Source of the DNA: an uncultured bacterium
Lineage (GTDB): Bacteria > Patescibacteriota > Minisyncoccia > Phycocordibacterales > PALSA-1337
Direction of reading: 5' to 3'
NCBI GenBank assembly: GCA_963701025.1
Contig: OY969557.1
Span: 737,953-801,952 of the forward strand
Length of the DNA: 64,000 nucleotides
In this document: positions 47,047 to 56,324 of the stretch, in pieces
Position numbering within the stretch: the first letter of the stretch is position 1
How the letters are laid out: the number at the start of each line of letters is the position of its first letter
Made by a program: the position numbers and the translations under genes
Notes under the pieces: generated by a model
Seen by the model: only the letters and a program-made list of their open reading frames with translations
What the model was told of the DNA's origin: nothing
The model's database searches: none

Positions 47047-47251
47047 GCTTGCGGACTTCACAGAGGAAAATTATTTTGTTCTTTAGAAGATTTTGGGTCG
47101 GGGCGTGGCGTAGCCCGGTAGCGCGCTCGCTTTTTGTGCGAGAGGTCGTGAGTTCAAATCTCACCGCCCCGCCCACTCTTTTTCCGGCATTTTTCGCATA
47201 AAAATGCCACAGGCGATCAAATTGCTCGCCTCCTCTGTGAAGTCCGCAAGC
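47047..47251 (+). other. 23S helix-45 intervening sequence: 20-bp stem GCTTGCGGACTTCACAGAGG / CCTCTGTGAAGTCCGCAAGC enclosing a 165-nt insert
   Basis: A perfect inverted repeat replaces the short helix-45 hairpin. The conserved 'GGTAGG.GAGCGTT' resumes right after the 3' arm. Confidence 0.6.
47099..47175 (+). tRNA. tRNA-like cloverleaf (anticodon UUU, Lys-like) with an encoded CCA, nested inside the 23S intervening sequence
   Basis: A 7-bp acceptor stem (CGGGGCG/CGCCCCG), a 4-bp D stem with a 9-nt loop containing GG, a 5-bp anticodon stem with loop TTTTTGT, a 5-nt variable loop, a 5-bp T stem with TTCAAAT, discriminator C and CCA. Atypical points are C1-G72 and G37. Confidence 0.5.
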
Positions 47252-47974
47252 GGTAGGAGAGTATTCGCATCGCGTTGAAGCTGAAGGGGTGACCCGCAGT
47301 GGAGCGTTGCGAAGTAAGAATGTTGGCACAAGTAACCGCAATGCGGGTGAGATTCCCGCACGCCGAAAAACCAAGGTTTCCTTGGCAATGTATATCAGCC
47401 AAGGGTTAGTCGGTCCTAAGGGGATGGCGAACGCCGCACCCGATGGATACACGGTTAATATTCCGTGACTTGCGTGAAATGCGATGGAAGGACGAAGCGT
47501 AGTATGTTCTGCGCACTATTGGATCTGACGTTCGTGGTGTAAGGGTGTGTCCCGGCAAATCCGGATGCTGGCTTCAAGGCCGAACTCAAGCACAGCGAAA
47601 ATGGCCGCAAGGCTAAAATAGAGCAAAGCACGCTTCCAAGAAAATTTTCTAAGCATAATTTCACGTAAACCGTACCGCAAACCGACACAGGTGGTTAGGT
47701 CGAGTAGACCTAGGCGAACGAGTGAGAGGTCTCCAAGGAACTCGGCAAAAAAGCAGCCGTAACTTCGGAATAAGGCTTGCCCTTTTTTAACTAAAGGGGC
47801 CGCAGCTAAAGTATCTCTGGCAACTGTTTAACAAAAACACAGCTCCCTGCGAACTCGCAAGAGGATGTATAGGGGGTGACACTTGACCAATGCCAGAAGG
47901 TCAAATAACGGCGTTGTATGTCGCAAGATATATGGTGACTGTTATAAGCCCTGGTGAATGTCGGTCGTAACTAT

Positions 47975-48885
47975 AGACTTGATCGTTGTAGTTACGATAA
48001 TAAATCTTGCCATATGCTGGAAACTCTGTGTATCTCGGGCTACTATGGTATAATTACACCATAGTAAAAATGCCATGAGTGCAGACAATCAGCAGGAAAG
48101 ATCAAAAATTGAAGCTTGGGTTCTCGGTTTCACGGACGGAGAAGGATGTTTTTCAGTTAGTTTTATCAAAAATAAGACTACAAAGGCTGGATGGCAGATC
48201 TTCCCGGAATTCGTGATAACCCAAGGAGCCAAAAGCTTGCCGGCGCTTGAAATAATCAAGGATTATTTTAGGTGCGGTAGATTGTTCATCAATAAGCGAT
48301 ACGATAATCATAGAGAACATCTCTACAGATATTGTGTCCGCTCGATCGCTGATTTGGAAAAGGTAATTATCCCGTTCTTCAAGAAGAATGAGCTCAAAAC
48401 ATACAAAAGAAATGATTTTCAGATCTTCTCTGAGATAGTTTCATTGATGTCAAAGGGTGTTCATTTGAAAGGAAATGGAATGAAGAAAATTGCTAAATTA
48501 GTGGAGAAGATGAACAGGAAAAAGAAATCTCGATTTCTGAAATCCTCAGAGACTATACGCAAGACGCTTTCTATTCACAAATTGGAACCGACGAATAGAG
48601 AATGATGATATAGTCCGATCTTTACAGCGATGTAAAGTTAACAAAGACTTCTTAAGGTAAGAAGAAAAATGAACGATCCTAAGGTGGAATAAGCTGCCTT
48701 AGTAAAATCTAGCTATATCGGTGAACATCTTGAAAACTTATCAAGAAAATACCGAGGCAACCTCCGCAAGGAGAGAGTCCGTAGAGACTAATACGCTAGA
48801 CTCCATTTACTTGGAGAAGATAGAGTCCGATCTCATGGGTGACTATGAGAATCTGGTAGAAATATCAGATCGCCCGCAAGGGTAG
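47975..48885 (+). mobile_element. Group I intron in 23S (E. coli position ~1917-1931 region) carrying a LAGLIDADG homing-endonuclease ORF. Boundaries are approximate.
   Basis: Exon 1 ends at '...GTCGGTCGTAACTAT(A)' and conserved 'GCGCAATTCCTTGTCGGGTAAGTTCCGAC' resumes after ~910 nt. The ORF lies within the insert. Confidence 0.6.
48075..48605 (+). CDS. LAGLIDADG homing endonuclease (intron-encoded)
   Basis: 'WVLGFTDGEGCFSVSF' is the LAGLIDADG motif. The ORF is embedded in the 23S intron and preceded by the ATGGTATAATTA extended -10-like motif. Confidence 0.8.
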   Translation: MSADNQQERSKIEAWVLGFTDGEGCFSVSFIKNKTTKAGWQIFPEFVITQGAKSLPALEIIKDYFRCGRLFINKRYDNHREHLYRYCVRSIADLEKVIIPFFKKNELKTYKRNDFQIFSEIVSLMSKGVHLKGNGMKKIAKLVEKMNRKKKSRFLKSSETIRKTLSIHKLEPTNRE

Positions 48886-49527
48886 TAACATAGCTCGAGC
48901 GCAATTCCTTGTCGGGTAAGTTCCGACGCGTTGAATAGTGTAATGACTGGAGAACTGTCTCGGAGACTTGCTCGGTGAAAATACAATACCGGTGAAGATG
49001 CCGGTTACCTGCAGTTAGACGAAAAGACCCTAGAAGCTTTACTGTAATTTTGTATTGACCGTACGTGATTCATGCGTAGCGTAGATGGGAGGATTTGAAG
49101 TTTTTCTTTCGGGAAAGATGGATCCGTCGATGAAACACCATTCTTGAATTTTGTACGTTCTAACCTCGGCGGCATAAACGCCGGGAGACAGTATATGATG
49201 GACAGTTTTAGTGGGGCGCTATCCTCCTAAAGAGTAACGGAGGAGCCTATTAAGGTCAGCTAGCCGCGAATGGAAACCGTGGCGATAGTGTATGGGCACA
49301 AGCTGGCCTGACTGAAAGTCGTACGTGACGATCAGACGCGAAAGCGGAGCCAAGTGAACCGACCGTTCGCATTAGATGCGGCGGAAGATTATCGGACAAA
49401 AGCTACTCTAGGGATAACAGGCTAGTTCCGCCTAAGAGTTCATATCGACGGCGGAGTTCGGCACCTCGATGTCGGCTCACCACATCCTGGGGGTGGAGAA
49501 GCTCCCAAAGGTTTGGCTGTTCGCCAA

Positions 49528-49559
<32 letters not shown>

Positions 49560-49974
49560 AAAGAAGTTACAAGCAGAAAGTAGCAAGAGGAACAGGAGAA
49601 ACATGCGTTTGTTCCTCTTGTCACCTACGACTTGTGACTTTTCTACAGTCTGAATCACTTCGAGAATTTTCGTTTTATTGAACATATTTCGCGCGGAAAT
49701 GCGGAATATGATGTAAAGAGAGAGGAATGACTAATCAACCACGGCGGTCACTTCATTTAATTGAAGTGATGAAGTCGATTTATATCGGAGGAATCCTCAC
49801 AAAAGGGGACAATTCCGAGGGAATGTTATGTTATAGTATCTGTACTTATGGATGGAGAATAAATAACAGCCCGTAGAGACTAAACATCGACCATCCGACA
49901 TCTAATATTGAATCTCAATCTTAAATGTTGTGATGAAGCTATAGTCCAATGCACTTAGTAATAAGTGATACCAT
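49560..49974 (+). mobile_element. Second group I intron in 23S (E. coli position ~2593-2596 region), without an ORF
   Basis: Exon 1 ends '...GGGTTCAGACCGT' (U before the splice site) and the insert ends in G before 'CGTGAGACAGGTTGGTC'. It is 415 nt long. Confidence 0.5.
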
Positions 49975-50358
49975 GCGTGAGACAGGTTGGTCTCCTATCT
50001 ACTGCAGGCGTTGATGCTTGAGGGGATTTGATTCTAGTACGAGAGGACCGAATTGAACGAACCTCTGGTCTACCTGCTGTCGTGCCAACGGCACCGCAGG
50101 GCAGCTATGTTCGGATCGGATAAGCGCTGAAAGCATATAAGCGCGAAGCCGGCCCCAAGATTAGGCATCGTTGAGACCCGTGAGAGATGATCACGTTGAT
50201 AGGCGTTAGGTGTACGCACCGCAAGGTGTTGAGCCGTGACGTACTAATCCGTCGATCTCATCAGGAACTCTACGAATCGCGCTTGATATCAGGTTTTCCA
50301 GCATGGGAAAATCGCCGGCATTGTTTGCATTACTTTGAGGTATGAATTGAATCCTCCG

Positions 50359-50468
50359 TTCTGGTGGTTCGGCGCTGTGGCACCACCCGTTCTCATTCCG
50401 AACACGGCAGTGAAACGCAGTTGCGGCGATGATAGTCCTTCGGGGCGAAAGTAGCTTGCCGCCAGAAC
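50359..50468 (+). rRNA. rrf: 5S ribosomal RNA
   Basis: 'CCGTTCTCATTCCGAACACGGCAGTGAAACGC' with terminal helix pairing ttctggtgg / ccgccagaa. Confidence 0.75.
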
Positions 50469-50498
50469 AGAGCATTCAAGCATGATATAATTAAGCCG

Positions 50499-51254
50499 AT
50501 GACCTCTTGGTCGCAGCGCAGGAAACTCATATATGGCGGCATCGCCGCCCTCGTCGTATGCGCGGCTATTTTCCTGCTGGCTTTCTTCTTTTTCTATAAA
50601 GCGCCGACGTGCTTCGACGGAGTCAGGAATGGCAATGAGCAGGGGGTAGACTGCGGCGGCTCATGCCAAAGGCTGTGCCCGAGCGCATTTCTCGCTCCCT
50701 CCGTCTCCTGGACGCGGCTCGAACAGGTTGCTCCCGGCCTCTACAATGTGGCCGCCTACGTCATCAACCCGAATCCGACCGCCGGCGCCGCCCTAGTGCC
50801 GTATCATGTCATCCTGTACGACGACCAGGGCGTCGAGATCACGGAGTACGACGGAACCATGACTCTGCCGCCGCACCGGAACGCCCTCGCTTTCAACGGA
50901 GCCGTCTCGACGGGCAAACGCATCCCTTCGCGCGCGCTGTTTGAGCTCACCGCCGCGCCGAACTGGCTCTCGGAAGCCGATCCGCTCGCGGCTCTCTCCG
51001 TCGGCGACAAAACCTATTCCGAAGACGCTTCCGGAGCGTCGCTATCGGTCGTTCTAAAGGATACCGCGGTCGATCCCGTAGGCCGGACATCCGTCTACGC
51101 CGTGCTCTACGACAAAGACGGCAATGCTCTCGGCTTTTCAAAGACGATCCTCGATGGCATACCGGCGTATGGTTCGGCAGTTGCTCCATTCACCTGGCCT
51201 TCATCGTTCGGCGGAGCCGTTATTTCCATAGAAGTCCTGCCTGTGGCGGAATGA
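50499..51254 (+). CDS. Hypothetical membrane-anchored protein with a Cys-rich N-proximal segment
   Basis: An N-terminal TM helix, then 'CFDGVRNGNEQGVDCGGSCQRLC', then a beta-rich domain. Confidence 0.4.
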   Translation: MTSWSQRRKLIYGGIAALVVCAAIFLLAFFFFYKAPTCFDGVRNGNEQGVDCGGSCQRLCPSAFLAPSVSWTRLEQVAPGLYNVAAYVINPNPTAGAALVPYHVILYDDQGVEITEYDGTMTLPPHRNALAFNGAVSTGKRIPSRALFELTAAPNWLSEADPLAALSVGDKTYSEDASGASLSVVLKDTAVDPVGRTSVYAVLYDKDGNALGFSKTILDGIPAYGSAVAPFTWPSSFGGAVISIEVLPVAE

Positions 51255-51287
51255 AAAGCCGCGCTCCTCGCGTGTTAGAATAGAGCG

Positions 51288-52427
51288 ATGCAGCAAAAAG
51301 CCACGGGCGTGGGGCGTTTCTTCAATATCGATTGGGTCCTTTTCTTGGCCATCCTGCCTCTGCTCGCCGCCGGGCTCGCCACCATGCACTCATTCACCGG
51401 GGATAATTCCCTGGCTCTGCACCAATTCCTCTGGATCGCCGTTTCGATCGCCGCCTTCTTCGCCGTAAGCGGCATCGACGTCCGCTTCCTACGCCTGCGG
51501 TCGGTCTCGGCGGCCCTTTTTATCGGCTCGCTCGCTTTGCTCGGCGCCCTCTTCGTCGTGGGCAAAGTCTCGCACGGTGCCGCCAACTGGTTCGACTTTG
51601 GCGCCTTCTCTTTCCAGCCGTCCGATTTCGCCAAGCTGGCACTCATCATCATCCTAGCCAAATATTTCTCCCGCCGGCACATCGAGATCGCCAATATCCG
51701 CCACATCATCGTCTCCGGAACTTACGCTCTGGCCTTCTTCGTCCTCGTCCTCCTGCATCCGGACCTCGGCTCGGCCATGATCATGTTCTTCATCTGGCTA
51801 GGCATGGTCCTCGTCTCCGGACTGTCCAAGAAGCACCTCTTCGGCCTCATCGCCCTGGTCGCCATCGGCTTCGGCCTCCTTTGGTCAGTCGCTTTCAAGC
51901 CGTACCAAAAAGATCGCATCATCAATTTCATCCATCCGCTCTCCGACGTTCGCGGCGCCGGCTACAACGCCTATCAATCAGAGATCGCCGTCGGCTCTGG
52001 CGGCCTTTGGGGCAAAGGTCTCGGTTACGGCACCCAGTCGCGCCTCAAGTTCCTGCCCGAGTACCAGACCGACTTCATCTTCGCCGCTTTCGCCGAGGAA
52101 TGGGGCTTCGCCGGCGTTTTCATGTTCTTCGTCCTCTACGGCGTCATCGTCTGGCGGGTCATAGCGAATGCCTCCCGCGGCGCCACCAATTTCGAGATCC
52201 TCTACGGCGCCGGCGTGGCCGTGTTCTTCATCATCCATCTCGTCATCAATGTCGGCATGAACATTCATCTTCTGCCGGTGACCGGCACGCCGCTACCCTT
52301 CATGAGTTACGGCGGGACGCACATCATGACGGAATTCCTGGCCTTGGGCGTTCTCATGGCCCAGCGCCGCTACGCCCGTCCGGCGCACAAGGACGCGGCC
52401 AAGAACGAGTTCCTTGGGCCGCAGTAG
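51288..52427 (+). CDS. SEDS-family peptidoglycan glycosyltransferase (RodA/FtsW)
   Basis: 'GSGGLWGKGLGYGTQSRLKFLPEYQTDFIFA' and 'LLPVTGTPLPFMSYGGTHIM' are FtsW/RodA signatures. Confidence 0.85.
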   Translation: MQQKATGVGRFFNIDWVLFLAILPLLAAGLATMHSFTGDNSLALHQFLWIAVSIAAFFAVSGIDVRFLRLRSVSAALFIGSLALLGALFVVGKVSHGAANWFDFGAFSFQPSDFAKLALIIILAKYFSRRHIEIANIRHIIVSGTYALAFFVLVLLHPDLGSAMIMFFIWLGMVLVSGLSKKHLFGLIALVAIGFGLLWSVAFKPYQKDRIINFIHPLSDVRGAGYNAYQSEIAVGSGGLWGKGLGYGTQSRLKFLPEYQTDFIFAAFAEEWGFAGVFMFFVLYGVIVWRVIANASRGATNFEILYGAGVAVFFIIHLVINVGMNIHLLPVTGTPLPFMSYGGTHIMTEFLALGVLMAQRRYARPAHKDAAKNEFLGPQ

Positions 52428-52498
52428 GGGGGTGGGGCTTTTCTTCCTTGCCTCATTTAATCGCCACCCTCGGTGTCTTCAAAAACATCGAATATTGC

Positions 52499-52572
52499 AA
52501 ATGAGAATTAAGAGCAATTTGGAGTTATGGCATGGCTAACTCTCGTGGAGAATTGAGCTTAATTCTCATTTA
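52499..52572. repeat. 14-bp perfect inverted repeat AAATGAGAATTAAG / CTTAATTCTCATTT with a 46-nt spacer
   Basis: Seen directly in the intergenic region after the RodA/FtsW gene. No T-run follows on either strand. Confidence 0.5.
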
Positions 52573-52666
52573 GAAAAACCTAGGGAAAAGAGGTACCGCT
52601 CCCCGTCAAGAAAACGAGAAAAACACGCCATCGGTCCTCTTTTTGGGATATGCGATAAAATTTGAC

Positions 52667-53827
52667 TTACTTCTCCCCATACACCCCCTCCGTCTCCCTG
52701 ACCATCTTCTCGAGCGAGAAATCCCTAAGCACTTTCTCGCGCAGAGCCGCGCCGTAAGCGCGCCGCTCGTCGGGATGCTCGATCATGAATGCGATGGCAT
52801 GCGCCAACTCGCGGTGGTCTCGCGGCCGGACGAGGATGCCGGAAGACATATCGTCGATGATCTCGGGGATGCCGCCGACGGCGGTCGCCACGACGGGGAC
52901 CCCCGCGGCGCCGGCTTCCAGGAGGACATAGCCGAGGCCTTCGGACAGGGAAGCGAGCAGGAAGGCATCGAATGCATTCGCGTATTGGGCGGCGCCATCG
53001 ACATGGCCGAGCAGCAGGATGTGCTTTTCCATGCCGAGCTCCTTGATCAGAGCTTCGAGGTGTGGCCGTTCCGTTCCTTCGCCGATGATGGCGTAAAGGA
53101 TCTTTTTGCGGGTATTGAACGAGCGGACGCAATCGGCGATAGCCCTGATGGCATACGCATAGCCCTTGATGGGATGCAACTCGGCGATAGTGCCGACGAG
53201 GAATGCAGCGCTCTCGGAAGCTCCTTCAAGGGCCCTTTTCAGCTCCGGCTTCAGCCGGGTCAATTCGAGGCGGGCATTGGCTTTGGAAAAGCCGGTCTCA
53301 TGGGCGATGCCGTTGTGGATTACAGTCAGCCTGCCCTTTATCCATGGCCAATTTCGAGTCTGTTGCCTTACTGCTTCTGACACAGCGATAGTCTGGTCGC
53401 ATGCCAAGATAGCCAGCCAATAAAATAATCGTAGAAGCGCCTTGATGGTGAATGACCTGTCTTCATTGAATGCCCAGCCGTGAATGGTGAAGACGATCCG
53501 CGGCACTCGCGCCAATCGTCCTGCGAGCGATCCCACGATGCCGATCTGCGAGCTATTCAGATGGAGCACATCCGGCCTCTGTTTGCGGAGCAACGAGTAA
53601 AGCTTGAAGAAGGACCTGACGTTCTCGGAGATGCTGATGTTATTGCGCACTGGCAATGATCCTTCGGCGTGTATGCCGGCATCCCATAGCTTCTGAGTGA
53701 GCGGCCCTTCGCCGCCGGCCATGACTTCCACCTTGTATGATTCCTTGGGCAGGCTCGTGGCGAGCTCATAGACGTATTTTTGGGCCCCGCCCCAGTTCGG
53801 CTTGGTGATGAGATAGAGTATTCTCAT
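52667..53827 (-). CDS. Glycosyltransferase family 4
   Basis: An N-terminal 'ILYLITKPNWGGAQKY' and C-terminal GT4 motifs ('EGLGYVLLEAGAAGVPVVAT'). Confidence 0.75.
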   Translation of the reverse strand: MRILYLITKPNWGGAQKYVYELATSLPKESYKVEVMAGGEGPLTQKLWDAGIHAEGSLPVRNNISISENVRSFFKLYSLLRKQRPDVLHLNSSQIGIVGSLAGRLARVPRIVFTIHGWAFNEDRSFTIKALLRLFYWLAILACDQTIAVSEAVRQQTRNWPWIKGRLTVIHNGIAHETGFSKANARLELTRLKPELKRALEGASESAAFLVGTIAELHPIKGYAYAIRAIADCVRSFNTRKKILYAIIGEGTERPHLEALIKELGMEKHILLLGHVDGAAQYANAFDAFLLASLSEGLGYVLLEAGAAGVPVVATAVGGIPEIIDDMSSGILVRPRDHRELAHAIAFMIEHPDERRAYGAALREKVLRDFSLEKMVRETEGVYGEK

Positions 53828-53859
53828 AATGGGTATTTTATTGTAGAGTAGAGCATACT

Positions 53860-55200
53860 ATGGCAATAGTCAATAAAAAGGAGCCCATAATCCTCGGTTT
53901 CGTGGATATTTTCATCTTGGCGGCTTCTTTGCTGGTTACTTTGGCTCTGCGCTACCACACGGTGCCCTCGAATGGCCTCATCGACCAGCACGTATTGCCG
54001 TTCAGCATCATTTTCGTCTATTCCATTGTCATCTTCTATATATCCGGCTTGTACGGCAGGACCATATCCCTGGCCCGCTCGTCTGTGCCCGGTATCGTCG
54101 TCAAGGCCCAGATCGCCAACGGCCTCATCGCGGTGGCGCTGTTCTACTTCATCCCGAGCTTCTCAGTCACGCCGAAAGTGACGCTCTTCGCGTACCTATT
54201 CCTTTCTTCGGCTCTCGTCATCCTTTGGCGTTTCAGCACATACTCGCTTTTTTCACTCCGTCGTAAATTCCCGGCGCTCGTCATCGGTTCCGGTCCTGAA
54301 GCCGAAGAGCTCATCCATGAGATGAACACCAATCCGCGGGTGGGCTTGTCCTGCCGCAAACGCATCGACCCCGGTGCCTCTGCCGGAGAGCTACTCGCAT
54401 CCATGGAGGATAACGGATCGACCTTCCAGTATATCGTGGCTGACGTCAGTGACCCGCGCATCGAGGCTCTCCTGCCCGAGCTCTACCGCAAATTCTTTTC
54501 CAAAGCCGCCATCATAGACATCCACGACCTCTATGAGAGCGTCTTCAACCGTATCCCGCTCTCCTGCATGAACTACGCCTGGGTCATGAGCCACGTCACC
54601 CCGGTATCCACCGGCGTCTATGATTTTATGAAGCGCCTTATAGACATTTGTTTCGGCCTGATCATCGGCTTGGTTGCTCTCATCTTCTATCCCTTCGTGG
54701 CTCTGGCCATCAAGATCGAAGACAAGGGGCCGGTCTTCATCCTGCAGGAGCGCATCGGCAGGAACGGTGCGCCGATCCATTATTATAAATTCCGCAGCAT
54801 GCTCCGGAATGAGACGGGAAAATGGGTCGCCGAGAGCGCCAAAGGCGCCAACCACGTCACCCGGGTGGGGAGGTTCATCAGGAAGACCCGCATCGACGAA
54901 TGGCCGCAAGGCCTGGCCATCCTCAAGGGAGACATGTCCCTCATCGGGCCTCGCGCCGATATCGCCGGCCTCGACGGCCGCCTCGCCGCGGAGATACCCT
55001 ATTATTCCGTCCGCACCATCGTCAAACCGGGACTGACCGGCTGGGCCCAAATCAGTCAGAACAAGCCGCCGCAATCAGTGGAGGAGAATAAATTGCGCAT
55101 GTCCTACGACCTCTACTACATCAAGCACCGCTCGTTCGGTCTCGATCTCCAGATCATCCTGCACACCATCCGGACATTATTGTCGCGGGAGGGGATGTAA
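53860..55200 (+). CDS. Polyprenyl-phosphate sugar phosphotransferase (WbaP/WcaJ-like initiating enzyme)
   Basis: The C-terminal 'KRLIDICFGLIIGLVAL...GPVFILQERIGRNG...FYKFRSM...DEWPQGLAILKGDMSLIGPR' is the bacterial sugar-transferase signature. Confidence 0.8.
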   Translation: MAIVNKKEPIILGFVDIFILAASLLVTLALRYHTVPSNGLIDQHVLPFSIIFVYSIVIFYISGLYGRTISLARSSVPGIVVKAQIANGLIAVALFYFIPSFSVTPKVTLFAYLFLSSALVILWRFSTYSLFSLRRKFPALVIGSGPEAEELIHEMNTNPRVGLSCRKRIDPGASAGELLASMEDNGSTFQYIVADVSDPRIEALLPELYRKFFSKAAIIDIHDLYESVFNRIPLSCMNYAWVMSHVTPVSTGVYDFMKRLIDICFGLIIGLVALIFYPFVALAIKIEDKGPVFILQERIGRNGAPIHYYKFRSMLRNETGKWVAESAKGANHVTRVGRFIRKTRIDEWPQGLAILKGDMSLIGPRADIAGLDGRLAAEIPYYSVRTIVKPGLTGWAQISQNKPPQSVEENKLRMSYDLYYIKHRSFGLDLQIILHTIRTLLSREGM

Positions 55201-55232
55201 GGAGAATTTCTAATTAACCTAATTCCTAAAAA

Positions 55233-56309
55233 ATGAGCGATCAGAAACACACGATTTTCATCACGGGCGGAGTCGGCTATGTCGGCGCCATGCTCATCGA
55301 CTTGTTCTCGCGCCGCGACGATGTGGCGCGCATCGTCGCCGTGGACAAGGAGCCGCTGCCTGACCTCATCAAGGACGCGCCGAATCTGACCTATATCGTC
55401 GCGAATACGGCAGATGGAACGTGGCAAAAGCAGGTCGCAGAGGCGAAACCTGATATCGTCATCCACACTGCCTGGCAGATTAGGGAGATGTACGGCAAGA
55501 AAGCACTGCAGTGGAAATGGAATGTCGACGGGTCCGATAAAGTCTTCGATTTCGCATTTTCCACTCCGTCAGTCAAAAAACTCATCCATTTTTCCACGGT
55601 CGCTTCATACGGCGCATATCCGTCGAATACCTTCGAGCACAGATTTACCGAGGCCGAAGGATTCAGGAAGACCGACTATCTGTATGCGGAAGAGAAGCGT
55701 ATCGTCGAGGAGCATCTTGAAGAACGGTATCAAAAAGCGCTCACAGCCAAGGGTGGCAGCACGAGCATGATCCCGCAGGTCGCTATCATCCGTCCTGCAG
55801 CCATCACTGGCCCGCGCGGCCGCTATATGCGCATACGCTTCGGCCTACAGGCGGCCCTCTCCGGCCAACTCAAGGAGTCATTCATCCACCGTGTCATCTC
55901 CGCCATGGTCTCGTTCGTGCCTGTCACGCCCAAGTGGTGCCGCCAATTCATCCACGAGGACGATATCGCCGACGTCGTGACGCTCTTCGCCTTCAGCCCG
56001 CTCACGAGCGATTACGAGGCATTCAACGCCTGCCCGCCCGGCCCGGTTGTCGTCGGAAAGGACATGGCTGCCGCCGTGGGGAAGCGCATGTTCGTCGTAT
56101 TGCCGTGGATGGTGCGCATCGTCTTCTTCTTCGCCTGGAACCTCACCCGCGGTCGTGTGCCGACTTCCAAGGGCGGTTGGAAGTCATACAGCTATCCCAT
56201 AGCCGTCGACGGTTCCAAGCTGACGCGCATGTATGGATATCAGTACAAATGGCAACCTAAAGATGCATTTATAAAAAAAGAGGGTAGATATGCAAAATAC
56301 GCAAAATAA
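55233..56309 (+). CDS. NAD-dependent epimerase/dehydratase family protein
   Basis: An N-terminal Rossmann motif 'ITGGVGYVGAML' and a C-terminal region with the short-chain dehydrogenase architecture. Confidence 0.65.
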   Translation: MSDQKHTIFITGGVGYVGAMLIDLFSRRDDVARIVAVDKEPLPDLIKDAPNLTYIVANTADGTWQKQVAEAKPDIVIHTAWQIREMYGKKALQWKWNVDGSDKVFDFAFSTPSVKKLIHFSTVASYGAYPSNTFEHRFTEAEGFRKTDYLYAEEKRIVEEHLEERYQKALTAKGGSTSMIPQVAIIRPAAITGPRGRYMRIRFGLQAALSGQLKESFIHRVISAMVSFVPVTPKWCRQFIHEDDIADVVTLFAFSPLTSDYEAFNACPPGPVVVGKDMAAAVGKRMFVVLPWMVRIVFFFAWNLTRGRVPTSKGGWKSYSYPIAVDGSKLTRMYGYQYKWQPKDAFIKKEGRYAKYAK

Positions 56310-56324
56310 TATATACTAGCCCCC

